NCBI RefSeq assembly: GCF_963921235.1
Contig: NC_086108.1
Location: 65,412,001 to 65,476,000, forward strand
Source of the DNA: Mobula hypostoma
Lineage: Eukaryota
Length of the DNA: 64,000 nt
Reading direction: 5' to 3'
Under the pieces are notes generated by a model, which saw only the letters and a program-made list of their open reading frames with translations, was not told the origin of the DNA and ran no database searches. Positions 49,646 to 62,794 of the stretch are shown piece after piece (position 1 is the first letter of the stretch; every line of letters begins with the position of its first letter). The position numbers and the translations under genes are program-made.

Positions 49646-50689
49646 GCTGGTAAAACTAATCATTAATTTCCTGTTATGAATTTGACAGCGAATGACTTGT
49701 TATCTCTGCTGTTAATCTACACTAAAAGTCTTCAAATGAAGTGAATAGGGCAAAACTGCAATGAAATGTTGAAAAAATTGTTGATTTTCAATCAACAAAT
49801 ATCTATACTGGGACATTTAACTGTTATCTTTTTTGAGACCTGTATTTTTATGTATTTTAATATTATGCAATCATTTAACTATTGTATAAGATACAATATT
49901 CTGAATGGATTTAAACAAACCATAACAAGAACAAATACAGTACATTTTCTCTTTTGTTCTGGTCTAAGTACTACAAAATTAAAAACATCTGGAAATTAAG
50001 AAACAGTTTAATTTAAAAACATACAAAACTTACTGAAATTGCAATGAGGAAGATGTCATTTTTAATGCAAGGTCCCTTTGTATTATTGCCAAAATAGTTA
50101 AAGATTTGCAAAGGTCACATTGTTTTACAATAATTTATTAACTGGATAGACTTCAGTCACTGTCACAAAATGAGCTAAAATGTTGACAGCGTTATTGAAG
50201 CATCTAAAACTTTCTCTGTTGCAAGAAACACATTCTTATATGTTAACAATGCAGTATAAAATTATTTTAAAATCTGGTATCAATCCAAGATTGATATTGA
50301 AAGTTTTTGCCTATACTTTTCTCTCTCTATTCAGACATTTGAACATAATGGTATATCAGAATGGCAGACATATCACTTAAGGGTGATATATGAATATTTT
50401 GATGTTTATTATAAATAATCTGTTGTATTCCTAAATGTTTACATTGTTAAACATTTGCAGCTTGATCATAGTGATGAGGCAAGCTACACAGCTTGACTTA
50501 GTCACTTTGTTGATTCAATTATTTTAAAGAGAAAATTAAAATTTCTGCTATTTAAACCTATTTTTTTGGTGCAACCCTGTTGTGGTGCTATGTTTGGCCT
50601 TTCGGACTTTTTCTTCACGTTTGCAATAAAGACATTTAAGAACATGAAGAACTCAATATCTCTTTAGAAATAGAAAATAACCCATCATG

Positions 50690-52135
50690 GGAAGTTACAG
50701 ATATGATTCATTTTCATTTGAATTGCTACTAAAAGTCTGCCATAATTGGTTGCATTGAGTTGTTCTCCAATCTTGGCAATCCATTTGCAAGCGTTTTGTC
50801 ACCATATAAAGAGACGTCATCAGTGCGCTGTTCATTTGTGGTGTGTCCTTCGATTGCTTGGCCTTTATATACTTATCAATCAGTTGAATGGTCGTGATTA
50901 CAGAATTGTGATGTAGAGAGAGGGTCGACTCTCTGATTGGATGCATGATGACCTGTGTGCATTGTCTGGAATTTTTCCTGCATTGATTTATAAATGGGAT
51001 CGAAGTCTACATGTCTGTTTATAGAATTGTTGGCGGAAAACCATGCTTCTAGGAATTCTCTTGCATGCTGCATGTTTGCTTGTACCATGACTTTCACTGA
51101 TACGCAGTTGAATTTGTGCCCCTCTCGGTCTTTGTGGGTAGTGACAAGGGAGAGCTGATCATGCCACTTCACAGCCAGCTGATGTTCATGGGTCTTTGTG
51201 GATAGTTTTCTCCCAGTTTGGCTGATGTAATATTTGATGCAGTACCCGCACTGGATTTTGTAGACCAGATTGGTCTTGTCCAATAGCTTGGCTTGTTCTT
51301 TGAGTCTGCAGAGTACTCAACGTTGCTGTTGGCTTGTGCATGACTGAAATTCTCTGTTCTTGGAGCAGTCAGGCTGTCATTTCTGAGATACTTTGAATGT
51401 ATGGAAGGACAACCCGTTCGGTCACTTCCTGGATGGTGCGTTATTGACCTTGTAGGCATCTTCATATGAAGTTGCGTCGGTATCCATTTCGTGTGAATAC
51501 TTTGAAGAGATGTTTCTCCTCAGTGTGTCTCTGCTCTTTGGAACAAAGTTTTGATACTGCTCTTGTGTGCATTTAGATCGTTACTGTGATAGTTTAGGAC
51601 CTGATCTGTATGTGTTCCCTTCCGATAAACAGATGTTTCTAATGTTCTGTGTTTCTACTGACAAGCATGTCTAAGAATGCCACTTTTCCCCTCGGTTTCT
51701 GTTTCCATCCTGAACTTAATATCATTGAACACATCGTTGACTAGTTTACAAGTTCTTTCAACTTCACTGTGTTTTAATATAACAAAGGTATCATTGACGT
51801 AATGGACCCAAATTTTAAGGATTATAATTGGCAACACCATATTTTCTAACTTTTGCATGATGGCTTCCACTATGACCCTGGAGATAGGGAACCCATTGGT
51901 GTCCCTTTCAGCTGTTTGTAAAGTGTGCTGTTAAATTTAAAGTAGGCACATAAGCAGAATTCTACCAGTTTGTATATGCTACCTTTACTTGCTCTCCCAT
52001 CATTTGGTTCTTCATTGGTGAGTAGTTCTATTAGAGTTTCTTTCCTAGGCTAAGATCAATAGAAGTGAACAGATAGATAATGGCTAAAGAGATCGTTGAT
52101 TTGCCATCACCTATGTTGATGTTGTTCAGGAATCT
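50690..52135 (-). mobile_element. Penelope-like element (Poseidon-type): RT + GIY-YIG
   Basis: GFPIS, IWVHYVNDTFVI, TNLVYKIQCGYCIKYYISQTGRKL..HEH..REFLEAW..SINR; degenerate hammerhead CUGAUGA at 50823-50817. Confidence 0.88.
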
Positions 52136-52344
52136 CGTATGGTGACAAAATATTTGCAAAGGTCACAGAACAACTCAACCCAACCATCAACCACCCGAGT
52201 TACACATTTTTCCAAGTTATTTTTGCCATAAGTTTTATTAAAGATCCTGCAAGAATATTTATTAGCAAAACTTTAAAGAATTAACTGAAGTGATGTGGAA
52301 CATTTTTCACAATAATCAACATGGTTAATGCATGGGGAGGGGGA

Positions 52345-52566
52345 ATATCGACTCAGACCTTGAGAGGCCTGCGTTGGGCATTTTCATGCCTTACAAGGTG
52401 TAGATTGGAAGTCTGTGTGGGGCGCCACTCCTTGCACAGACACTAGAGCACTGTGTGGTTAAGTGCCTTGCTCAATGACACAAACACACTGCTACAGCTA
52501 AGGCTCGAACTGGCGACCTTCAGATCAGTAGAAGAACGCCTTAACCACTTGGCCACGTGCCCAACA
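52345..52566 (-). mobile_element. tRNA/CORE-type SINE (same head as 29842-30142, different tail)
   Basis: TGGCCAAGTGGTTAAGG, GTTCGAGCC, tgtgtcattgagcaaggcacttaacc. Confidence 0.8.
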
Positions 52567-55015
52567 CCATGAAATTTATGCATGAAAGCCTGGAAATATT
52601 AAGTCGTTGCAACACAACTAATCAGTGTAGGTAAGGTGTAACCAATCAATTTTGTATTTTTTTTACCACAGAAAATGCTCTTCTTTTAATACAGATGAAC
52701 TTTGCATGTAACTGCATGTTGCCAGATGAAATGCTGCCTTTCTGTAAACAGATATTTTCTCCAGACCCTAGAGACGGTGATTGACACCAGCTGTCTATGG
52801 AACTTATGTACTTTCCTTTTTTATTTTCCAGCTGCATGATAAAGTATTACATTACCTGAAAGAAACATGTAAAAATTATTTGCAAGCCTTATTAAAAATG
52901 TTTTTTGAGAAACTTCTTCACTGTTTTCTTTCTCTTGAAAATTATTGCAGAACCAGAACTACTTTAATGAATTTTCTATAGATTGTAGCCTGATATGTGT
53001 TTTACTACTTAGACAATTTCTAAAGCACTTTGTTGTACAATTACAACAGACTGCCTTGATTTTTCAATTGTTTTACCTTGGGCTTTAAAGTCAGTAATGG
53101 GAGGTGCAATCAGTAATTGTTAACGGATGGAATTTCCTGGATTGCACATACGATGGTGAATTTCTGCATCAATTCTTCACCTCCTGGTATTTTTTTGTAA
53201 CACAAATTGCTGGAAGTGTAGGCAATAATAGAGCATCTGGAACTTGCTGAAAAAATGAGAGCAAGAAATTTTAACGCCTGACTTTAAGGAGAGAGAAATA
53301 GGAAAGGGAAGAAGTAGGGTGCATTAAAAGCAAATTAGTAGGAAAGTGAGGAAAGAGAGCAGATTGGGGGAAGCACAGAGGGGTAAAAAGAAAAAAAAGT
53401 AACCTTTTACAAAGCACCAAGATTTTAGAAAATTGTAAGCATAATTGCTAACTGCTGGCATGAGACTTTACAGTTCCAATTGTTCTCAGTCTTAGCTGAA
53501 AGACTGAGTGACATGCTAGGAACATAAATCTTATCATTAAAGGGATCTTTGCATCATTAAGTTTAACTTTGTACCTCTCTGTTGCAATTTTGATTTGTTT
53601 AAGTGCAGTAATTGCTTTAAACGTTATGTTGGTGTTCTCAAATAAAAGACTCAATGGGCTGAATGGCCTAATTCCACTTCTATGTTTATGGTCTTATGGT
53701 CAATTAGCAGCACATATCATTCTGCATTTTCTGCAGGTCTACAACTCTCTCATACTTCCTTTGCCTCAGGTTTCAGTGTTATTTTACTTGCTTATAACTG
53801 TAAATGCTAAACTTCTCTTTTTCCTCTCCATCAAATTCTGGGCAAATATGTTGACATGTTGAATGTTCATTTCAAAGTCAGTAACTCAGTTGAAGGAAGG
53901 ATAATTACAGTTCATATCATTGATGGAACTTAGTTTATCTGAAAAGCATTATTTTGTGCACAGAGAGAGAAAAAGAAAATTAATTACAATAACTTTAAAA
54001 CTTAAAAGTTTTTCAGTACTTTTACTGTAGAATATGAAGTTTTACTTTGGAACATCAAGATCATGTTTCACATTTACAGCAAAAATTTGGTGTTAAAGAT
54101 AACTTTTAACAGAGATTTTTAAGCATTGTCACCTTTTATTCCAAATATTGGATTGAAAGTTTGAACAATGTTTCTTTGTGGCATCAAAGTACAATGAAAT
54201 TCTAGTATTTCGACTGACAAGAAAAATTACAGTGAAACTTCAATATACTTTTCCTGATTGATTATTATTCTATTATGGTCATGAATTCAGTCTGAGTGTG
54301 AACTGATCATAAGTCTTTATAACGAATTGACCACAGGTTTCCAAAATTGTTTCCATTATTTTGGGGTTTGGTGAGATGCTGGGACAGGATTGGTGCCAGT
54401 GATAAGCAGGGACTCAGGCCTGCTCTTGTATTATACAAAATGAGTATAATATGAGGTAGTGAACATAGGTGAGCCCAAGTGAAAGTCAGTAAATGTAGAT
54501 TCTTCACCTGTCCTTTCTAGAATATTCTGTAACATTTGATCTGTGTATATAAAGAGCTTTTTTTGCATAGTTTTCTCAGTCGTGAGTCTATTCAAGTTCT
54601 AACAGCCCCTTGATTTTTGTTATCTTTGGTTTCTCCACTTTGAACCGATCACTTGTTTTGTTGCTGCAGGCCTTTTAACAGTAATGTTGAAATTAATTCA
54701 CAGTTTTGAAAGTCATGCGTTGAATGGCATATTGTTCAGTGCAAGATTATTAATGAGCAGCTTGAGAAGGAGGTGATGTTGATCACATAGAACCCACTTG
54801 GCTGAAAGTGTGTTTAAAAGTTCGTGTGGACAAACTGTTGTTGCTGAATTGGGGGGAAAAAAAAGCTGCAGAAATATCCTCAGTTGCACATTTGGCAGCT
54901 TGGTAATGCATGAAAATCTACACCAGGCAGCACAGTATGTTGTGTAATTGATAGGTATGGTTTTTGTAGATTGTAATTTGCATAAGAATGGTTTGACCCT
55001 GTTGTATTTCCTGGT

Positions 55016-55272
55016 TTATTTTATTTATTTAGCGATTCAGCACAGTAACGGGCCCTTCCAACCCAATAAACCTATGCCATCCAATTGCACCTTTGTGACT
55101 GTTAACCCACTAACCCGTACGTCTTTGGAATTTGGAAGGAAACTAGAGCACCTGGAGGAAACCCATGCGGTTACAGGGTGAATGTACAAACTCCTTACAG
55201 AGTGGTAGAATTGATCCTGGGCCGCTGGTGCTATAAAGTAATGTACTAACTGCTGCGCTGTCATGCTGCCCC
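55016..55272 (-). mobile_element. V-SINE-like element
   Basis: Minus strand gggtttcctccaggtgctctagtttccttccaaattccaaagacgt V-domain core. Confidence 0.75.
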
Positions 55273-55948
55273 AGTTCATTTGCACAGAAATCTTTATAGA
55301 GTAAAAAAAGTTATCTCTTCAGAGTAATATATCAGATCATCAACATAGTGTATCTCAGAATTTAACAATATCTGCAAGCCACTGGATCTGAAACACTGAG
55401 CGTAATAGAGTAGCAAGATACTTCTATGCTACATATGGCAGGTTGCCAGTGTCAGCTTTCATCATATAGAGTGGTTTGGAATGAAGGGCATGTGCTCTTC
55501 CCAGATGAGAAATTTGATCAGATAGTTGTTGCAGAGCATCTTTGGTATTACTAACCACTTTCTGAATCTGCCTTGCCACTTTATTCTTCTAATTTTTTTC
55601 ATAACAGCAAAGTCCTGACAGAAAATCTTTTCTTTTCTTAGTTGGAGATATTATATGATAGAAGGTAAAAGAAAATGAAAGATACATTTTATTCAATTAT
55701 TTTTGAGTAAACATTCATTTATTAGTGTTACTCATTGGGGAAGCCAATGTTTAAAAAAAAATCATGAGGCGGATTGATTAACAAATTGCAGAGTATAGAA
55801 ATGTAGAATGGTTATGGAACAAAAATCAGCCATTTAGCCCTTCATTTTGTGCTGTCTCCACCAAACCATTTCCACTAGTTTACCAGCAACACACTTCAAA
55901 GTTGCTGGTGAACGCAGCAGGCCAGGCAGCATCTCTCGGAAGAGGTGC

Positions 55949-55984
55949 AGTCAACGTTTCAGGCCGAGACCCTTCGTCAGGGCT
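55949..55984 (-). ncRNA. Minimal hammerhead ribozyme, GUU triplet
   Basis: AGCC-CUGACGA-AGGgucucggCCU-GAAAC-GUU/GACU; one stem I mismatch. Confidence 0.6.
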
Positions 55985-55991
55985 TCAGTTC

Positions 55992-56025
55992 GTCCTGACG
56001 AAGGGTCTCAGCCTGAAACGTCGAC
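55992..56025 (+). ncRNA. Minimal hammerhead ribozyme, GUC triplet
   Basis: GUC-CUGACGA-AGGgucucagCCU-GAAAC-GUC/GAC; predicted cleavage after 56022. Confidence 0.7.
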
Positions 56026-57189
56026 TGCACCTCTTCCTAGAGATGCTGCCTGGCCTGCTGCGTTCACCAGCAACTTTGATGTGTGTTGCTTGAATTTTCA
56101 GCATCTGCAGAATTCCTGTTGTTTCCACTAGTTTACTAGCCTTGTTTGTGTTGTCCTTCAAATTTTACTTCACAATTTCTTTATCCATTCTCTTGCAGGA
56201 TGGTGGATTTTAACTCCACCGCATCTGCTTGTATTCCAGATTACAAGATTCTTCTTCCTCATTTCACTCTTAATTATTTTCCTCCTTATTGTATACCCAT
56301 GATTTCTAGTTGCTGACCCCTCTGTTGAATGGGTACAATCTCCTTCTATCCTCTCTAGACTTGTCACTACTTCATCTACTTGTATCAAATTTCCCCTCAT
56401 CCTTAACATGAAAAAGTCCTAGCCCCTTATATCTTTGTTGTCCCTTACCTCAGGAGCTGTTCTTGTACTTCTTTCTGAACCTCTTTCTAATACCTTTGCA
56501 TCCTCCTTAAGTTGTGTCATCCAGGATTGAAAACAACATTCTAGCTGAAGCCAGACCAGCATTTGATCAAAGCTCAGCTTGATTTTCCTGCTTTTATACT
56601 GCATGCCCCTACAGTACAATATTGATGTGTTGGTAACGTGGGCAGAATAATGGCTGGAAAATGAGATTAGTGTAGGTAGATTTTGGATGCCTGGCATGGA
56701 CATGATGGCTAAGGGATTTGGATTCATGATAAAGTGAAGAATTCTATATGCCTTATACGCACTTTCACAACCTGCCTCTGTCACTTATACTGATTTGTAC
56801 GTGTGTGCCACCAGATTCCTCCACTCTTCAACGTCCTTTTGAATTAGGTTTGTTATTCTAAACTGCCTCTCCTCACTCTTCCTCCAAAAATATATCACTC
56901 ATATTTGCCTGTCTTAAAATTCAGCTGCCATGCATCTGCCCATTCCACCAGCCTTTTGATAATCTGCTACACTATGTCAATATCCTCTTCCAAGTTCACA
57001 GTACTGTTGAGTTCTGTGACGTTCACAGAAAGTGAAATTCAGGCTTTCAGTCACAAGCCTATACAAGTAATAAATGTTTTAAAAAACACGGTGATTCTAA
57101 CATGCAGCTCTGTGGAATGCCTACTATTCAATTTTCCTCTATTCCGAAAAACAACTTTTTTCTATGACTGTGGTCTGTTATGTTGCCAG

Positions 57190-57385
57190 TCACAAATAAG
57201 GGAAAATCTGCAGATCCTGGAAATCCAAGCAATATACACAAAGAGCTCAGCAGGCCAGACTGCATCTATGGAAAAGAGTAAACAGTAGATGTTTCAGGCT
57301 CCCAGCCTTCGTCAAGACTGGGAAAAAAGGCCCCCCCCCGCCACCATTTCCTCCAGCATTGTGTGTGTGTGTGTGTTTGTGTATT
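57190..57385. mobile_element. Older PLE-end insertion with a short inverted segment
   Basis: Minus-strand PLE end with mutated hammerhead uUGACGA-AGGC..GCCU-GAAAC-AUC (57283-57320), then + strand ttcctccagcattgtgtgt; imperfect TSD ttaYgttgcc. Confidence 0.6.
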
Positions 57386-57469
57386 ATTACGTTGCCCGTT
57401 TGGATTTGTCAACAATCATGTGGTTGATTTAAACGGCCTTTGTCATTATTTGCTGTTTCACTGTGTATA

Positions 57470-57531
57470 AATGAAGAATATTCAAGAACAAAAATATTAT
57501 GAATGAAGAATATTCAAGAACATAAATATTA
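57470..57531. repeat. Tandem duplication, 2 x ~32 bp
   Basis: aatgaagaatattcaagaacaWaaatatta occurs twice. Confidence 0.85.
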
Positions 57532-58557
57532 CAAAAATAATCATTTTTAAAGAATGGTATACTTATGTCTTATGTGGAGTAATGAGAGTATTTAAGAATG
57601 CATTTGTATCATTTTAATTGATAATTCTGTTTTTCACTGTGTTTATTATATTGTCAAATATACCAATGCCAATTTCAGTCATGACTGGTCAGGAGCTGTA
57701 TACTTTAACTTAATACTACTGTTGGCTGGGGGGAGGATGGAATTCTGACCACAATATATTTTGTCAATCAATCCTCACTAAGTTTTCATGAGGATTTGCT
57801 TTCATCCTCTAGCATGGCTTCTTTTTAAAGCAGGCAACTTTTACTGCAAGACAGGGCATGGATCCAGAATAGGCAGGGCCTTGCTTCTTCACGTCCTCGG
57901 CTGTGGTTGCTTCTTGGTCAGAGTTTGCAGCCAGCGGCGATTTATTTCAGCTGATTTATTAACTTTAATCTCCATTATTTTGCAATGCAAAAATCTTAAT
58001 GAATAAATTTATTTAATTTTTGAAATAGAATTTTATAGTTCATTCTCAGCTTTACATAATTTTCCTTGTGTGTGATGTACAAAATCACTTGGACATTGCT
58101 GTCCTGGCCTTTCAGATTGATTGTGGTGATGAATGGGAGGAAGCTGACAACTGTGCACTTCCCCTTCCCCTTCCCCATCCCCATCTAGCCCTAAAAAAAG
58201 TTTTTTTTAATGGTGCGTTACGGTTAAAGGCAAATTGAATGTGAGCTCTGCATTGTCTATCATTAACACTGTTCAAATAAAGTGGCATTTCAGTTTTGAA
58301 TGTATTTTCTTTAAAGCTGTTTAACTTTGATTAATAAATGTTGGTTGACTTTCTCAGAGAAGAATGCAAACTAAACCTCTGGCAAATAGAATTTTTCCAA
58401 GTAATATTTCCGGATTAAAAGTTATATTATAATTTAAATGCTTGTGGGATTAATGACTGTGATAGGTTTGTGTGCTGCATACCTTTGTCTAAGCTTGCTA
58501 GGGATCTTTCTTTGTTTAATCTAATCTACTTCTTATGGTCTCTGGCTCCCTCTGCAG

Positions 58558-58767
58558 GATCCTTTAGATCCCACACGCACTGTTATTGTTATCCGCTCTT
58601 TGGTGGTTGGTGGGGTTGCTGAATGTGATGGCAGGGTGCTACCTGGTGATCGGCTCATCTTTGTCAATGACCAAAATCTAGAGAATACTGCTTTGGCGGA
58701 AGCTGTTCAGGCTTTGAAAGACGCTCCACCTGGCAAGGTCCGCCTTGGCATCTGCAAACTAATGGTG
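58558..58767 (+). CDS. PATJ: PATJ exon, remainder of PDZ5
   Basis: ctctgcag|...ATGGTG|gtaagc; 210 nt. [70 protein letters not shown] continues directly from ...SILDYQ. Confidence 0.95.
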
Positions 58768-60866
58768 GTAAGCACCAATGTTGCTCGTGAAATGTATCCA
58801 TTTGATAACGTCATAATTTGAAGCAATCTCAAGCTCTTGGAAACTCTGCAAAAAAAAGCACTAAATTTATTTATTTTACAGTAGAAGTATAAATTTTGTT
58901 CCTCAACATAAATGTTACATTTTTTTTGTATTATGCCACAGGTTTTCAACAAATGTATTTGATTTAAATCTAATATGGGTTGATATAGCTGAATATTTCA
59001 TTGCAAAATAATCTAAAAAGTAAATTAGTAATACAGATTTCTCATCTTTAAGAAGCCTGTCTTATACATTTGAGCACAAAAGTTAGAAAAATGAGCAAAT
59101 TCATTTTACGTAAGTCCATGAATTTTATTGAAATTGTTTTTTTTTTGCCATTAGACATAATGTGTTTGTGTTTATGTCGTGTGTGATAATCCGTCATCCT
59201 GTAACTAAGCTGCTATGGTAGGTTTGTATGTGATTTTGTTAAACAGCATAGGCTTCATATTAGATGCTTTTGTTGCTGTCTTTGGAATTTGCAATGTCAC
59301 TATTGAGGGAAACCAATAATCATGCATTTCATAGGATTTGTATAGATATGTCATCGATCCTGTAAATTGATCTATTTTGAAAAGGACTTTATGGAGAAGA
59401 ACACAGGAGTATAAAATTGATGAAAGACGTGGCACGATGACAAAAACATATGGCGCTTCACATAATGTTGAGAGGAGGCAGAGCAAGTTAATAGTTCTTT
59501 ATTAAAGAAGCAGTGTCCTTAGCTTAATAGGTGAAGTCAAAAAGTCCAGTAACTGTTTGTTAATAACTGTGAAGGCCTTAAATCAATTAGTGCTCATATC
59601 CAGACTTGACAATTTAGGAGAGTGTGGATGCACTGGATATCTATCAGAATGAAGCACAATATAAGGAGAAATGATTTTCTCTTCATTAGAGAATTTCTGA
59701 GAAGATTTGTTTTTAAAAAAACTATTTACTATGATAAAATGATTGGTAACCAGGAGATAGATATAGATTCAAGAACATTAGCGAAAGAACTAGATGAGAT
59801 TTTCTTTTTTTTATGTATCGATTCATTTTAGTTTAGAATGGACCATCTGGATTAATGATGAAGTAGGTATGGTTATATTCAAATGAAGATTCTACACATA
59901 GTTGTAAAGAAAAAAATACTGTAAGGCTGGTTGGAATGCAGAGAAGAACTGAAAAGCTAAGCTCATTGTGCAGTCTTTTTCAAAAGCATACACAGACACG
60001 ATGGGGTGAATGATGTCCAGCTGTGCTAAAAAGTTTCAAGAAAATCTCCTGCCTCTCTACAAAACCCTACAGTACATCAGTTACTATATATTCTGTAGAA
60101 TCTTACCCCATTTCTCTGCATCCATGGCACTATAGAAGAAGTTCTCAGACGTGATATGAAGCAGGTTTTCGCTCAATATCTTTATAAGTAGCTTCAGAAT
60201 GGATCAGAAGCAAGAATTGGGTTGAGCTAGTTTACCTTCTCCTAACAGAGGTTGACTGTAATTCTCCTATTATTGCTTTTTGTTAAAAATGAATTCTTGT
60301 GTACTACGTAAGGAGTCAGTATAGCTTTGCATGCCCCAGATTAATAACAGGCTATGCTTTGGTTCATTGTTACATGGGAATCCTTTTTTTAAATAAAGTA
60401 CAACGAAGGTTCATAACATTGTTATTGATGCATAGGCAATTCGACTGAATATGATTTCTTTAAAGACTTGAATGATTGTCATATTTAATCAACACAAATG
60501 ACATGAACATTGAGATGAATAGCAACAAAATCAAATAAGAAAGCTTATTAGAGGCATAATAATGTCTCTACATGTACAATATATTGTCAGCTACATATAC
60601 TAATGAGAATATTTTGTCTATACATGTGACCGTACTGATCACCTTTGAATAATAAGTTGATGTCTTTATCGAGGGAACCATATCTGAGTATAAATGTTAT
60701 ATAGATATTTCATTGCTCTTTTTACATTTGTTAATATCCTTGTGCACTACTGGAATTTGTAGAAATAATTGAGACTAAACGAAAAATAGTTTTAAAAAAA
60801 AACCTTTTGCTGAAGATATGGTAGTAAACGCTCATTTAATTTGAAAATAACACACTTTTTTTCCAG

Positions 60867-60986
60867 ATTGACGCAAATGAAAATAACATTTCAGACTTTG
60901 CTGGCTCAGTTGCCACAAGAGAAGATATAAAACATGATTCAGATATATTAAATTTAGCTTACTCTACAAACCTGCCTGTGCCCCAT
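60867..60986 (+). CDS. PATJ: PATJ exon, linker after PDZ5
   Basis: ttttttttccag|...CCCCAT|gtaagt; 120 nt, phase 0->0, open: IDANENNISDFAGSVATREDIKHDSDILNLAYSTNLPVPH. Confidence 0.75.
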
Positions 60987-61619
60987 GTAAGTGCATTTAA
61001 TATTAGTCCAGACTTGTTTTTAAAGTATTTCTGCGTTGGTATTTATGATGCACGTCGGAAGTGTTGTGGTTGTTAATGGACTACTAATCTGGGGGTTGCA
61101 CCCCTCCTTTGATCTGGGGATGTGAGCCAATTGCCATAACTGAAACAGGTAATTCATGAAATAAATCTGAAATAAATTGCAGCAGCAACCTGCAAATTGT
61201 TTGATAATCATTAAAATATCTCATTCACTAATGAACTTAGAAAGAAGACATTTTTTCCAAACCGTAGAAATGCAGTTATCCCAACTGCCAACTGTAAAGG
61301 CATTGCAAGATAGTCAGTATCAAAAGGTATCATAACATGCAACAAAAGCTAACTCAATTGACCACTTGGCATCAACCAAAGCACAGGAATTTACAAAGAC
61401 ACAACAGTTCCAAATGACTATCCAAAGTCTTTGTCACTTTGGACACCTGCTATACTGCAAGAATGTCTTGAAAACTAGTTGCATGTATGAATCAATATCT
61501 TTGACCCCACTATTATCATCGTCCTTGTATATTTTCATTCTGACCAATTGAGAAAGCCAACAAGAGGTACATATTGATGTACATTCAGAGGGAAGGCCCT
61601 CTAAAGTCCTTAATATGGA

Positions 61620-62155
61620 TTCAAAGTTCAAAGTAAATTTATTATCAAAGTACATATATGTCACCATATACAACCCTGAGGTGCGTTTTTTTTGCAGGTG
61701 TGCTCAATAAATCTGATAACCATAATAAAATCAATTAAATACCACACCCAATAGGGTGGACAACCAGTGTGCAAAAGAAAGCAAGCAGCAAATACAAAGG
61801 AAAAAAGAGAAATAATAATAATAAATAAATAAACAATAAATATTGAGGCCATGAGATGAAGAGTCCTTGAAAGTGAGTCCACAAGGTTACGGGCACAGCT
61901 CAATGATGGGCCAAGTGAAGTTGGGTGAAGTTATCCTCTCCGCTTCAAGAGCATGGTGGCTGAGGGGTGATAAACCTGGACCTGGTTATATGAGTCCTGA
62001 GGCTCTTGTACTACCTTCCTGATGGCAGCAACAAGGAGAGAACATTCCCTGGGTTGTGGGAGTTCCTGAAGATGGATGCTACTTTCCTGTGACAACTCTC
62101 CATGTATACATGCTCAATGGTGGAGAGGACTTTACCCATGATGGACTGGGTTGTA
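61620..62155 (-). mobile_element. Rex1/Babar LINE 3' fragment
   Basis: ttcaaagttcaaagtaaatttattatca tail shared with 12572; ttcaagagc..tgagtcctgaggc..cctgatggcagc. Confidence 0.8.
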
Positions 62156-62794
62156 ACCTAAGTATGAATTATTTTTAAATATTCCGTTTCTAAACATCAT
62201 GAATTATTTTAGTGTCAGCAAAGAAGCCTGCTGCCGAATGCAATTGAACTCATTTCCTCAGCTGATAAATCACCATTTAGAAGAAGTATGGAGGGCAATG
62301 CTGAGGTGTACAGAGGAATGCACTCGTGTTGAGGACTTCAATATCCAAGACATTTGCAACTTGGTGGATCAATGCTGTTAAGGATCCTGCCATTTACTTG
62401 ACTCAAAGAGTAACATTTTGTGCTTGTCTGAATTAAACTCTAACTGCCATTTCTTTGACTATACTGTAGGTCCAACTGACCTACAGTATATCCTTTGACA
62501 ACCTTCTTCACTGTCCATAACTCTTTCAAATTTTGTGTTGTCTGCAAACTTTCTAATCAGTTCACATTTTTGAACAGATCATTATACTGTATGTTACAAA
62601 GAGCAGAGGTTCCAAAACTGATCCCTGATATTAGTTATCAGAAAGAGAAACAATAGACCTTTACCATTGGCACAGATTCTCTTTAGGAAATGACGAAGAA
62701 TCTTATGTATAATGCTTTAAAGCATTTCTCTTTCCTCAGTCTACATTACTGTGCATTGAAAAGAATCATGGCTCCATAACTCATTAAAGAACAG

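Larger units (their letters stand above)
55884..56121. mobile_element. Palindromic PLE-end insertion carrying two opposed hammerheads, 15-bp TSD
   Basis: TSD tttccactagtttac at 55869-55883 and 56122-56136; ~99-bp arms 55885-55983 and 55992-56090. Confidence 0.88.
55790..57185 (-). mobile_element. Old CR1 RT/3' fragment
   Basis: QLECCFQSW, RMRGNLIQV, TRNHGYTIR remnants. Confidence 0.65.

Noticed and set aside
54629..54645. tctttggtt resembling the miR-9 5' end
   Set aside because: Only 9 nt match; the rest of the mature sequence and the hairpin are absent.
522..60986. Gene could be MPDZ (MUPP1) rather than PATJ
   Set aside because: The 19-aa exon plus LLPxHTLxLGVExDSF in PDZ4, and DPLDPTR in PDZ5, match PATJ as recalled. 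MPDZ has GLGISLE at the PDZ4 position.
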